From the human T2T-CHM13v2.0 reference genome, Homo sapiens, in assembly GCF_009914755.1 (NCBI RefSeq), contig NC_060937.1: DNA of 64,000 nt, one strand, 5' to 3'. Made by a program: the position numbers and the translations under genes. The number at the start of each line of letters is the position of its first letter. Within the stretch, counting starts at the first letter, position 1. Below are positions 16,153-34,189 of the stretch, piece after piece. The notes under the pieces were generated by a model, which did not search any database, was not told the origin of the DNA, and was given only the letters and a program-made list of their open reading frames with translations.

Positions 16153-17133
16153 GTGCTATCATTAGAATAATAAATTTCATAGGTTATTAACCTCTTTTAA
16201 TTGATCTAAATCACCTGTTTCCTTTTGGATTTGACTTTTAATTCCCACTGCCCTGCTGACTTCTCGGCGCATATAAATGCTCAATAATTGGATGAATAGG
16301 TGTGGGTGGGTGAATGGGTAAGTGGACAGTCATCTTACATTATAGAATGTTTTGCTGATTCTTTTTAGTTCCTGACCTCCCAACATTTGCGAAATCCATA
16401 CTCCATTAGTGTGGCTGGTGGACCTCTCTTGATACAGAATAACCATGGTTTCTGTGAGAGCAAAAAGAAACAAGAGGGCTCCCAAGGACTTGCCCACAGA
16501 GGCGCTTTGCTCACCAAGCATGGTTCTTTCCTGTTGGCCTCTGTTTGCTCTGGGTAGCACCTCGGCTGTTTTAGGCCCACAGTATCACCTATTGACAAGT
16601 GTAGATAGCTATTGATAGTATCAATAGGTGTAGGAAAGGGTCTGCCTCCTGCTATTCCTGGTTTTCTCTTTCTCAAAGGCTTGTGCATGCCCTAGGCTTT
16701 CTCACTGTCCGTTGCTGGGTGAGGTCATATCAGCTCTTACTCCCACAGAACCACCCGCACCTGCTTTAAGTACGCTGCCTTTCTGACTTCAAGAAAATCA
16801 TACTCTCGGAAAAAGTCTAATCATTGTGGATAACTTTGAATATGGAGCTAGTGATATATTACCTAAGGGAGGAGGAAATCACATATTTTGAAATGATAAA
16901 GAACCAGGGGCATAAACATTGAGAACTCTTGAAAATAATTAAAAGTTCTCTTCAGAATTTTAAAGTCTTTTTCTATTAATTTCTCTAATAATTTAGCCAA
17001 CTTTTCTTCAAATATCATCATTTAAGGAAAATGAAATAACTATTTTATATTTATTTGTTTATTTGTTTTTTTTTTTACCAGTGTTTCTGTTTTCATTGCC
17101 GAAGTAGTCAGTTGGTAATGACGTTTATTAAAT

Positions 17134-18660
<1,527 letters not shown>

Positions 18661-19678
18661 GGCAAAATTTTTTGTAAACCAGAGAGTGTTTACAGATAGA
18701 GAAAACTCTACATAATGGTTTTTAAAGTATTCCCCCTTAATGTCAACCACAGTTTTGGTTTTTATCTCTTAAAATTTGGAATAGATGAGTTGAATTTATT
18801 TTTAAACAGAAGATGAATTTATCATCTAGCTGACAAACTTTTTAAATTTCCCATTAGAAGATTTAAAAAATTACAACCATTTTTAAAACGTGGAATGATT
18901 TCCTGCCTGTGGCATATAATTAAAGTGATGAAACAAACAGAAGATTCGCTGTGTCCTGGCCATGGTGAGCTCACTCTCTGTTTTCCTCACAAACCCCAGA
19001 ACCTTTGTAGTGTGGAACCTGCTGGATGAATAGAAGTTTTTTATTTTATTTTATTTTTTTACTATGTCTATATTCCTGTGAAGTAATTTTTTTGACCTTG
19101 AAAGAAGTTCTTCAATTTTGCTGTTCTCTATTTCTTACAGTGTAGTTTGTGTACCGGGATTTAATGTATTGTTTGTCGTTAGCGTTTTACATACTAGATT
19201 TTCATCGTGCATAGTCACGTTGTTTGAACATTTGCAAGCAGAGCCGACTAACTGCTGTTGGCCTGTTTCTTTGTATGGCGTGATTTCTTCTATCCACCTG
19301 CTCACAGCAGGTTGCCTTCAGGCCTGAGGAGTAGCTAAATACTTTTGAAAATATCTTGAGATCCTGCTAAGGTCTAACAATTTCTGCATTTGTGTGATGT
19401 GAAGCTATTCATGCTGTACCTTTGAAGACTTTTTTCTTTCTATTTCTCATATTCTTGCTCAAATATTTTCAAAAGAAGATAAATTTATTATAAATAACAG
19501 TGCAGAGCTGATTGTAGCACCACTGCATTCTATATTGAATAGGTCTTTGATATTCAGCTAAGTGGAACTAATTTTCTATGTTAAAGCAGACAAATTTGGA
19601 ATAGTGTCACATGAATCTCATGTTATTTACTGAAGAATACCAGATTAAATGGATTAGTTGTGAAATGACTAGAGTATT

Positions 19679-19682
<4 letters not shown>

Positions 19683-19717
<35 letters not shown>
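19683..19717. repeat. (TA)n microsatellite
   Basis: Directly visible, about 17 units. Confidence 0.95.
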
Positions 19718-19722
<5 letters not shown>

Positions 19723-21430
19723 GTGATAACTTAAAATGCCCAGTGGGCCTATGTAATATAAAATATTACACAAGCACATGAATATGATGGACGAGATGTT
19801 ATTCTGTTTGCAGATTGTGAAACTATCTGTAGTATATATACAAATGGTTGTCCACACAGAATTTGAATCAATTTTAAAATTGTAACCTTAAATTTCAGTT
19901 TTGAAGAAAATAAATTGTTGATTTTCATATCTACTTGAGAGGAAGTTAAAAATGTTATTTTCTTTTCAGTTTTTTTTAGATTAAAATAGCTCCCACACCC
20001 TCCAAGAATAAACTTTAGTTTTAATCCTAATAACTGTTTATAGATAGTAAAATTAATATTTTAATTAGAAAAATAAAGCGGCATACATTTTTGCCTGTAC
20101 TTTGCTGGTACACAAATGAATTGGGAAGTAATTGTCTTATGTTTTCAGTCCTAAAGTGTTTTACAGGTTTTAAAAATGTTCCCCCCACCCCCATCTGTTT
20201 GAAGTCATTATTATTTTGTACTTTACACATGTGATTTCTCTAGAATCATTGCATGTGACATGACACTCTCAGGATATATAGGATATATAAATATATAACT
20301 TAGAATAAGTAGAGGTTGGTATTTTTCGAATGAAGTAGGAAATGAAAGAGTAATTATTAACCATATCCTTTTTACATTCCTGACATATCAATACAGCTAC
20401 ACATCTTAGAAACAAGCTCACCAGTAGAACAGAAATAACTCTGTTGACTCTGCTTTAAAATATTTCAAGGCAGTTTAACAGCTGGGATGTATTTACAGCT
20501 ATGGTATAAAGTATTAATTTTGATGCAAGGCTACCTGCTTTTGTAATGTAGTCCTAGAAGCTTAGCAGTTTTCTGGGTTTTATAATTTGGAGTTGCTTTT
20601 AAAATTTAACCGAATGGGAAAATGTCTTTCTGAACTTCCCCTTCCCACACCCCCACACATACAAGCTTTTCTCCTCTTCTGTTAACTAGAAAATTATATT
20701 TTCGTTGCTGCCTGAGGAAGAGAATTTTGAGTAGTATAAACACTGATTGTAGTAAATGTGGAAAATAATACAAACAGCTGCACTGCAGACCGATAAGACA
20801 AATCCCACAGTAATGGCCTTTAAAACATATTACCAAGTTGGAAATCAGTGAGGGGAAAAAGAAAACTATTACTATTTCTTCCTCTTACTGTTCAGTGACA
20901 TTATTTTTAAAGGTGAAATTACCTCTGGTTTTATTATCCTAGGAAGGTATTTTTGGAACATTTGATTTATTGTTTTGCAAATGTTTTTGCCTTTGTGTGA
21001 ATAACTTTGCTAATTTTGTATGAATTTGATTCTAACAAATGTTGAAGTCATTTTGTTAACAAAATCTTCTAAAGTATTTTTTAAAGAAATAAAAAGGAAT
21101 ATATTATGTAAACATTGGAGCAGACTATCAAAATAAGAAAAGGAGAACATTTTTATCTGGCTTTGGAGTGCCATTTAAAATAGGAAAAGGGATGAAATAT
21201 TTGCAGAAAATATTTTAATAAGCGTGGATATGTTTCATCAAATACAAGTCTTAATTTTTATGAAGAATTTTGCTATTAGCATATCAAGTGGTCAGTTCAT
21301 ATTTGTTTTGGCATGCATTAGACTCATGATAGGCATTGAATACTTTGTTTTTTGTGGATTCTAAAACTGAATTATCTTAATCCTAGGCTCTAGGAAAAGT
21401 ATATCTTACTGCTAGGGAAGATTGAAATAA

Positions 21431-21802
<372 letters not shown>

Positions 21803-22089
21803 TGTCCTTCCTTCCTTCCTTCCTTTACAAACTGTGGGAGAGTGGTGAAAAAAAGGTGACAGTCATTATATATGTAATTGTGACCTGCTTTAAATTGAAT
21901 GCAATGTTAAGGACAGCTTATTGGTACTTATACCTATGGTCACACATTCATTGATACAGTTTGTTTTTAATGTGAAAATTTGTTTCCATTTTACATAATA
22001 CAAAATTACTTCTATTTGCCTGGGAATGAATCTAACCTTTGTAGTGTCAGCCAAAGGAATGATAATATTGTTTTAGTGTCTCCTACATA

Positions 22090-22680
22090 GAAGGGAACGC
22101 CCAGTATGGCCTAGGCAGTGTTCTAGACTCTGCAGATAGAACAAGGAACAAGACTTACCTTCCAGCAGGGGGAAGTAGATACTAAACATGTAAATACCTA
22201 AATAAGGTGATTTTAGTACTAAGAAGTTGGATGAAGACTATGAAATTGATAGAAAGTCACTAGAGAAGGCAGCTTTAGCAAGGATGGCTAGGAAGTCCTC
22301 TCTGAATAGCTAACACTGAGCTGAGACCTACGAAGAGGAGGGGGCAAACGTGCAGAAGTCTGGGGGAAGGAAGTCCCAGGTAGCAGAAGGGGCAAAGCAG
22401 AGGCTCTGAAACGGGACAAGCTTGTTTTGTGTGAAGGCCAGTTGGGGAGAGTGGAACGAGGAAGACAGAACCAGATCATCTAGGGGCCAAAGAACTGTTT
22501 TGTTTTGTGTTGTTTCTTTCTATTCATGTTGTGGAGCGTTTGGAGGGTTTGGGTAGGAGAGTGATGTGATGTGATTTTTTAAATCATTGCAGGCCTTGGG
22601 GTAGAGACAGAGAAATCATTGATTTGACCATTGCAGACCTCAGGTGAGAGGTACTGGTGGCTTAGACCAGGAGGCACCGT
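22090..22680 (-). mobile_element. L2 fragment
   Basis: CTCTCTGAATAGCTAACACTGAGCTGAGACCT...GCAAAGCAGAGGCTCTGA...GTGATGTGAT pattern typical of antisense L2. Confidence 0.6.
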
Positions 22681-22761
22681 CTGTTTCTATGGGGCTCACA
22701 ACTTGAGTGGTTATTACATTTTTAAATAGTTGGGGGAAAAAATTAAAGAAGAATGTTTCAT

Positions 22762-22972
<211 letters not shown>

Positions 22973-23691
22973 TCAATAATGTTTCATGACCCATGAGAAG
23001 TATGATGTCACATTCAGATCTTATTGATGATAAGCAGTTAACTAGAACATAGCCACATTCATTCATTTTTGTCTGCCATGTATAGCTGCTTTTGCAGTTT
23101 TTGTCGTATGAAGCTGAATGCACAGACTTTCTTGCCACGCAGCAGTTCAGTGGGTTATTGTGATTTTTTTTTTTTAATCTCAGGACCAAGATTAAAGTTT
23201 TTTGTGCAGAGTTGCAGGTAGCCAAATTACTTTTTGTATTCCTGTGCCTTAGATTCCTCATCTGTAGAGCAAAATTGAGATCGTCTTTCAGGTCTGTTTG
23301 CTCTCCACATCCTAAGGTCCTAGGTCTGAATCAGACTTAGTTCTTCTGTTGTGGCTGCTTAGCACATCAGGCTCCTAACTGAATGATTGTAGTGGTGTTT
23401 TACTCGGTCTCCTAGCCTCGTCCTTCCCCATTCTATGTATCTTCAGCATGACCTCAGACCACCGTCTTTCTAAAACATGAGCATGTCACACTCCAGTTCT
23501 TAACTGTAAGAACTTTGTCAGGTATGAGCTCTCTTTGTACAAGATCTGACCTGGGTTTATAATTCCTTCCTGGTTTCCTTTCTTGCCACTTCCACCTTCA
23601 TCCAACCCTATTTCTGGCCACGCTGAACTGCTTAACATTCCCTAAACTTGCCATGCCATCGTGCCATCCCTTAATCTGAAATTTTTGTTAA

Positions 23692-25520
<1,829 letters not shown>

Positions 25521-25529
25521 TTGTTCATG

Positions 25530-25914
<385 letters not shown>

Positions 25915-26594
25915 TAGTCGGTCTGTCCTCTTATCCCATAATACTTTGTACATTTTGTACTATGCATTTATCGTATTGAATTATACTTATTTTTCCAATA
26001 ATTCTGCTGTCTTTTCCTTAGTCTCTTGGAAGGTGGGTCTTAATTCAGCCAGCAGTGCCCAACACAGTTGAGAGGTAGATGGATGATTAGATGGATGACC
26101 AACGTAGAAATGCCAGTGTCAAAACCTAGGAATCAACCCTCCGTTCTTAACTGAGTCTCCCTAAGACACAGGAAAGGAGTCTATTTTATTCCATTTTGTT
26201 TTCTGTCTTTTTTTGCCTTTATTAAGTTCAACATGTGTGTATAAAAGAATAGGAAAAACAGATAAGTGAAAACGAGAGTCAACTAATATTTTTGCCTAGA
26301 AATACGTTTTATGTGCACTAATTCTAGAATTTTTCTGTAACATAATTTTTTACAAGGCTTATTCTGAACATATTGTTTTGTTCTTCTTGCCCTTAGAAAT
26401 AAACTGTAAGCGTTTTTCATATCTTGAAACTTTTTAAATGGCAGGCTGGATATATACCACAATTTACTTAGCTAGTGTCTTTCCCCGTCATTTACATTTC
26501 TTGCCATTGTTCAGTTCTATAAACTACACTGTGATATTTGTTCAGCTTTATTTTTCTGCCTATCCTTACATTTTTTCCTCAGGATAAATTCTTA

Positions 26595-27285
<691 letters not shown>

Positions 27286-27686
27286 TCAATTTACTTGGCA
27301 ATATTTGCAGGTAGGGGAAAACATTTTGCATTAAACCACTGTCTTTCTTATTGATCTAACCTCCCTCCGTCAAGGAACCGAGGACTCAGCTTGATTTCTA
27401 GAGGTTCACTCTGGGTTCTATTACTTCTGTGATCATAGAGATCAGAGTTGGTAAACCTCCACTTCTGTAAAAAGGAATGAAATTAGGATACATCTGTATC
27501 GTAATGCTCATGGCATGTAGTTGAGTGAAAGCCACTAATACTCTACATCTGGGAACTTAAAAAAATGATGCTGGCTTAGTTAGAACTGCTTTATTTGTGT
27601 GTGTAGTCTTTGAAGTCACTGAGCCCTCTCTGATTAGCCAGAAGAGGAAGAATTCTGAGGAATACGTTAGGATTAAGTAGAGCAAG

Positions 27687-27996
27687 TTTTTTTTGTTTTT
27701 GTTTTTGTTTTTTGAGACGGAGTCTCACTGTCATCCAGGCTGGAGTGCAGTGGCAGGATCTTGGCCCACCACAACCTCACCTCCGCCTCCTGGGTCCAAG
27801 CAATTCTTCTGCCTTGGCCTCCCGAGTAGCTGGGACTACAGGTGTGCACCACCACGCCTGGCTAATTTTTGTATTTTTAGTAAAGACGGGGTTTCACCAT
27901 ATTGGCCAGGCTGGTCTTGAATTCCTCACCTCGTGATCCGCCTGCCTCAACCTCCCAGAGTGCTGGAATTACAGGCATGAGCCACCGCGCCTGGCC
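27687..27996 (-). mobile_element. AluS element
   Basis: Reverse Alu with (TTTTTG)n tail. Confidence 0.9.
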
Positions 27997-28284
27997 CAAC
28001 AGACCAGTTTTGTAGGTGAGAATTATCTCACAGTGTAGTCAGCTTCCAGTGTACTACTTATTCACCCATTTTTAGTAGCAGTAGTAGTTACTTTTAACTA
28101 AAATTTTAATAGTCATAGTATTTACTTTTAATTAAAATTCAAACAAGATATATGCAAGTGATATATTTGCTGTAAACAAATTTTATTTATAAATAAATGA
28201 ATAATAAAGAGGTTATTTCTTTCACTACTCTCTGGACATAGAATTGCATTGTTGTTTTAAACAAATGCTAATTCATTTTCTATA

Positions 28285-28745
28285 ACTATTTTATTGAGAT
28301 ATAATTCACACACCATACAATTCACCCATTTAAAGTTACAGTTTAGTGGTTTGTAGTCAATTCACAGGGGTGTTCCACCACCACCACAGTCAATTTTAGA
28401 CCATGTTTATACCCTTGAGAAACCCCACACCAATTAGCAGTCATCTCCATGTCCTCCCAGACCTCCTCTTGGAGGCATCTACCAATCTACCTTCCATCTC
28501 CATGGATTTTACTATTCTGGACATCTCTTATTAAGTGGAATCATATAATGCATGATCCTTGGTGACCAACTTCTATTGTAGCATGTATCACTACTTCATT
28601 CCTTTTTATGGCCAAATAATATTCCACTGTATGGCTATACTATATTTTGTTTACCCATCCATCAGTTGATGGACATTTGGGTTTTTTGGCTATCGTGAAC
28701 ATTACATACAAGCTGTGCAGATATGAGTTCATTTTATATCTCTTG
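28285..28745 (-). mobile_element. L1MB-like 3'-end fragment abutting the exon acceptor
   Basis: TTTATTGAGATATAATTCACA...ATTCACCCATTTAAAG...CATCAGTTGATGGACATTTGGG. Confidence 0.8.
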
Positions 28746-28757
28746 TTTGTTTTTTAG

Positions 28758-28811
28758 TGTCTTTCTCGAGAAGCAGGTGGAAACATGAGCATTCAGTTTC
28801 TTGGTACAGTG
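28758..28811 (+). CDS. PCCA: PCCA internal coding exon (54 nt, phase 0/0; probably exon 21)
   Basis: gttttttag|TGT acceptor and GTG|gtaagt donor; translates CLSREAGGNMSIQFLGTV, continuing in frame from the previous exon. Confidence 0.96.
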
Positions 28812-28987
28812 GTAAGTATGAAATCATTCTTTATTCTCTTAATTTACAGAGAAAAAATGTTCAACTAGTTGTAGCTCATGTGTTTGAACTTGGCTTCATT
28901 ACTGCTAGATATTTAAATTACCTCTACTTTTTTGCCTTTACAAATGATATTCTAGGGAACAACTTCATATATTTCACTTTATTTTAG

Positions 28988-29292
<305 letters not shown>

Positions 29293-29608
29293 GGAATTAT
29301 TTTCAAATGTGGATAAGATATTTTTAAACATGTATGATATATTTTCTCCCAAATAGAATCAAAGTCATAAATAGTTTTATGGCTTATTATACATGTTGCC
29401 CATTATTTTATGTCCCTTTAGAACACCACCCATCATATATTAGAACACAACTTTGCATTGTCACCTAGTGTGAGTTGTAATTTTCAAGATTAGTAAACTT
29501 GATCTGCTGAAGAGTTTCAATTTATTATTACTATTTTACTTATAAGTTTATAATTAGTATTAGTTACTATAATTTTCAAACTAATTTGTTTAAAAAGGTA
29601 CCTTATTT

Positions 29609-29912
29609 GGCTTGGTGCGGCAGCTCACGCCTGTAATCCCAGCACTTTGGGAGGCTGAGGCAGGTGGATTCCAAGGTCAGGAGTTTGAGACCAGCCTGAC
29701 CAACATGGTGAAACCCTGTCTCTGCTAAAAATACAAAAATTAGCCGGGTTGTGGTGGTGGGCGCCTATAATCCCAGCTACTCAGGAGGCTGAGGGAGGCT
29801 GAGGCAGGAGAATCGCCTGAACTGAGGAGGTGGAGGTTGCAGTGAGCCACGATTGTGCCACTGCCCTCTAGCTTGTGTGACAGAGTGAGACCCCGTCTCA
29901 AAAAAAAAAAAA
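29609..29912 (+). mobile_element. AluS element
   Basis: Full Alu with GTACCTTATTT TSD. Confidence 0.9.
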
Positions 29913-30402
29913 GTACCTTATTTTAATTTTCATTTTTCTGTTTATTGCTATTGTATTTGAATATTTCTCCATGTATTCATTCACCAGATATCATTTCTAA
30001 TCTGTGAAATGTCTGTTCATGTCCTTTGGGTACCTCATTCAGGATATGGATTCATATTGGGCATTTCAGATAACTCTGGAGTTTATTAAGAATATCAGAG
30101 GTATTCTGCAAGAATATCAAGAGGTATTTCAGGCGAGAGAGCTTGCGTGAAAAAGGGTTTTGCAGCCATTGAGATAGGAAGGATGTTAATAAAATGTGTG
30201 TTTACTGAATGCTTTATCGATTATAGAGATGTATATATAATTTATGTATATAAAGTATATGTATAGGTACTTGGTCAATGTAACCTAAATTTTAAGTATT
30301 GGAACTAAGTTTTGTGATTATTCTTGTTTTTCTGATTAGTAAGGTAATACATGCTTATTGTAAAACATTTGAAATACAATTCAAATGTATGTCATAATAT
30401 GT

Positions 30403-30818
30403 TGCATTAGTCAAGATTCTCCAGAGAAATGGAATCAACAAGATGTGTGCGTATGTGTAGAGAGAAAGAGAAAGATAGATCTAAGGAATTGGCTCAAGCA
30501 ATTGTGGAGGCTTGGCAAGACTAAAATCTGCAGGGTAGATGAGCAGGCTGGAGACCCAGGGGAGCGTTGCAGTTCAAGTCCAAAGACAGTCCACTGGCTG
30601 AAGCCCTCCTTGCTTGGGGAGGTCTGTCTTTTTCTCTTAAGGCCTTTAACGGGTTGGATGAGGCCCACCCACTGTGGAGGGTGATCTGCTAAACTCTAAG
30701 TCTACTGATTTCAGTGTTCGTCTCATCTAAAAATATCTTCGATGATACATCTCAGTGTTTGACCTAACATCTGGGTACCATGGCCTCGTCAGGTTGACAC
30801 ATAAAATTAACCATCACA
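30403..30818. mobile_element. MLT2 (ERVL) solo LTR
   Basis: TGCATTAGTCAAGATTCTCCAGAGAAA...AAGGAATTGGCTCA...GACACATAAAATTAACCATCACA. Confidence 0.85.
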
Positions 30819-31049
30819 GAAGTATATATCCTATCCCTAGAGGTTTTTAAGTTATTAGCAATAGATAATTCTTCCAGAAAATTATGCATCTTTTCATGCA
30901 ATAATAGATCTTGGACACCTTTCTGTGTCAGTCCGTAAGATGGACCTCAGTCGCCTTAAGGGCCACACAGAGCTGCATTACGTGGATGGAGAGGACTGCT
31001 TTCACTCCTCAGTGTTCGTGCTGGGAAGTCCACTCATGCTGTCTCTGCT

Positions 31050-34000
31050 ACTTAGCATCTCTACTGGGTTTCTAATCGGTTTCTCAACTTCATGTATCGG
31101 AAACTGAGCTCGAAAAGTTTCTCCCTCAGTTTTTCCTCTCTCTGAAAATGGCAACTTGAACTAATCCTTGATTACTTTCTCTCCTCTTCCTCTCTCTCCT
31201 CTTCCCCTCCTCTCCTCTCTCCTCTCTCTCTCTCTCTCTCTCTTCTCTCCTTCCTCTCCCTCTCTGTCCTCTTCCTCTCCTCTCTGTCCTCTTCCTCTCC
31301 TCTCTGTCCTCTTCCTCTCCTCTCTCTCCTCTTCCTCTCCTCTCTCTCCTCTCTCTCCTCTTCCTCTCCTCTCTCTCCTCTTCCTCTCCTCTCTCTCCTC
31401 TTCCTCTCCTCTCTCCTCTTCCTCTCCTCTCTCTCCTCTCTCTCCTCTTCCTCTCTCTCTTCTTCCTCTCTCTGCTCTTCCTCTCCTCTCTCCTCTTCCT
31501 CTCCTCTCTCTCTTCTCTCCTCTCTTCTTCCTCTCTCTCTCCTCTCTGTCTCTCCTCTTCCTCTCATCTCTCTCTTCTCTCCTCTTCTTCCTCTCTCTCC
31601 TCTTCCTCTCTCTCTTCTTCCTCTGTCTTCTCTTCCTCTCCTCTCTGTCTCTCTCCTCTTCCCCTCTTTCTCCTCTTCCCCTCTCTCTCTCCTCTTCCCC
31701 TCTCTCTCCTCTTGCCCCCCTCTCTCCTCTTCCTCTCTCCTTTTCCTCTCTCTCTCTCCTCTTCCTCTCTCTCTCCTTTTCCTCTCTCTCTCCTCTTCCT
31801 CTCTCTCCTTTTCCTCTCTCTCTCTCCTATTCCTCTCTCTCTCTCCTCTCTCCTCTTCCTCTCTCTCTCTCCTCTTCCTCTCTCTCCCTCCTCTTCCTCT
31901 CTCTCCCTCCTCTTCCTCTCTCTCTCCTCTTCCTCTCTCTCTCCTCTTCCTCTCTCTCTCTCCTCTTCCTCTCTCTCTCTCCTCTTCCTCTCTCTCTCTC
32001 CTCTTCCTCTCTCTCTCCTCTTCCTCTCTCTCCTCTTCCTCTCTCTCTCTCCTCTTCCTCTCTCTCTCTCCTCTTCCTCTCTCTCTCCTCTTCCTCTCTC
32101 TCCTCTTCCTCTCTCTCTCTCCGCTTCCTCTCTTTCTCTCCCCTTCCTCTCTCTCTCCTCTTCCTCCCTGTCTCCTCTTCCTCCCTCTCTCCTCTTCCTC
32201 TCTCTCTCCTCTTCCTCTCTCTCTCCTCTTCCTCTCTCTCTCTCCTCTTCCTCTCTGTCTCCTCCTTTTCCTCTCTGTCTCTTCCTCTCTCTGTCTCCTC
32301 TTCTGTCTCCTCCTCTCTCTGTCTCCTCCTCTCTCTGTCTCCTCCTCTCTCTGTCTCCTCTTCCTCTCTGTCTTCTTCCTCTCTCTCTCTTCTTCCACTC
32401 TCTCTTCTTCCTCTCTCTCTCCTTTCTCTCTTTCCTCTTCCTCTCTCCTCTCCCTCTCTCTCTCCTCTCCCTCTCCCTCTCTCTCTCCTCTCCCTCTCCC
32501 TCTCTCTCTCCTCTCCCCCTCCCTCTCTCTCTCCTCTCCCCCTCCCTCTCTCTCTCCTCTCCCCCTCTCTCCTCTACCCCTCTCTCCTCTCCCCCTCTCT
32601 CCTCTCCCCCTCTCTCCTCTCCCCCTCTCTCCTCTCCCCCTTTCTCCTCTCCCTCTCTCTCCTCTCCCTCTCTCTCCTCTCCCTCTCTCTCTCCTCTCCC
32701 TCTCTCCTCTCCCTCTCTCTCCTCTCCCTCTCTCTCTCCTCTCCCTCTCTCTCTCCTCTCCCTCTCTCTCCTCTCCCTCTCTCTCTCCTCTCCCTCTCTC
32801 TCTTCTCCCTCTCTCTCTCCGCTCTCTCTCTCTCCTCTCCCTCTCTCTCCTCTCCCTCTCTCTCCTCTCCCTCTCTCTCCTCTCCCTCTCTCTCCTCTCC
32901 CTCTCTCTCCTCTCCCTCTCTCTCCTCTCCCTCTCTCTCCTCTCCCTCTCTCTCCTCTCCCTCTCTCTCTTTTCTCCCTCTCTCTCTCCTCTCCCTCTCT
33001 CCCTCCTCTCCCTCTCTCCTCTCCCTCTCTCCTCTCCCTCTCTCTCCTCTCCCTCTCTCTCCTCTCCCTCTCTCTCCTCTCCCTCTCTCTCCTCTCCCTC
33101 TCTCTCTCCTCTCCCTCTCTCCTCTCCCTCTCTCCTCTCCCTCTCTCTCCTCTCCCTCTCTCTCCTCTCCCTCTCTCTCCTCTCCCTCTCTCTCCTCTCC
33201 CTCTCTCTCCTCTCCCTCTCTCTCCTCTCCCTCTCTCTCCTCTCCCTCTCTCTCTTTTCTCCCTCTCTCTCTCCTCTCCCTCTCTCCCTCCTCTCCCTCT
33301 CTCCTTTCCTCCTCTTCCTCTCTCCTCTTCCTCCTCTCCCTCTCTCCTCTTCCTCCTCTTCCTCCTCTTCCTTTCTCTCTCTCCTCTTCTTCCTCTCCCT
33401 CTCTCTCCTCTTCTTCCTCTCCCTCTCTCCTTCTCTTTTTTCTTTCTCCTCTTTCTCGCTCCTCTTTTTCTTCTCTCTCTCTCCTTTTCTCTTTTCCCCA
33501 TCTGTCTCTCCCTGTCTCCCTCTCCCCTGTCTCTGTCTCTGTGTCCCCACGCCCCCCACTCCTGGCCCTGCCTTTAGCCATCTCTTGTTTGGAGGATGGC
33601 AGTAGCTGGCGTCCACCTCACTGCCATGCTACTCCCTAGTCCATCACTAATAGAGCAGGAAAAGGAGTCCTTTGAAAACATCCCTTGGTTGGCCTTGTTG
33701 CTCTTCTTCAGACCTGCTGGGCACATGCCTTAGGGTCTCTGCCCTTGTTTTTCTTCTACTAAGAACATCTGCCCCTACATGTCTGCTCAGGGGTTTCCTC
33801 ACTTTCTTCCGGTCTTTACTCAGTAGGCTCCTTCTGAAGGAAGGCTTCCCTGGTCACGCCGCTTACAGTTCTGGTCACTCTTTCCAACATCTTATTCCCC
33901 CTCGCCCACTTTATTTATTTATTTTTTTCATTAGCAGTTACCACTGCTTGACATACTGCAATTTTCCTTTTTTGATGTATTTGTTGTCTATCTTCCTCAC

Positions 34001-34130
34001 CTGGAAGTGATAAGCTCCTTGAGTGCAGGGTGATTTGTCTGTTCTGCTCAGCGTGCTCTGCCCAGTGCCCTGAACAAGGCCTGGCTTGGAGGAGGTATTC
34101 AGTCAGGGTTGGGCAAATGAATGACTGAAA
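31050..34130 (+). mobile_element. L2 3' fragment interrupted by the CT tract
   Basis: AAACTGAGCTC...AAATGGCAACT...ATCCTTGA on the left; TAAGCTCCTTGAGTGCAGGG...GCCTGGC...AATGAATGACTGAA (L2 3' end) on the right. Confidence 0.7.
31175..33540. repeat. Very long homopyrimidine/homopurine (CT-rich) tandem repeat
   Basis: About 2.35 kb with only a few dozen purines on the + strand; CTCCTCTTCCT(CT)n units, then 15-mer CTCCTCTCCCTCTCT units. Confidence 0.97.
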
Positions 34131-34189
34131 TTGGCCAATGTAGGACCTGAGTGTTAGACTTGAAAAGAAAACTAAAGAAAGGAAATACA

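Noticed and set aside
31168-33639. Five long ORFs (335-823 aa) of S/P/L on the + strand and E/R/G on the - strand
   Set aside because: Stop codons need both T and A on the same strand, so a pure CT or pure GA strand is open in every frame. The ORFs are a by-product of the repeat, with no supporting gene structure.
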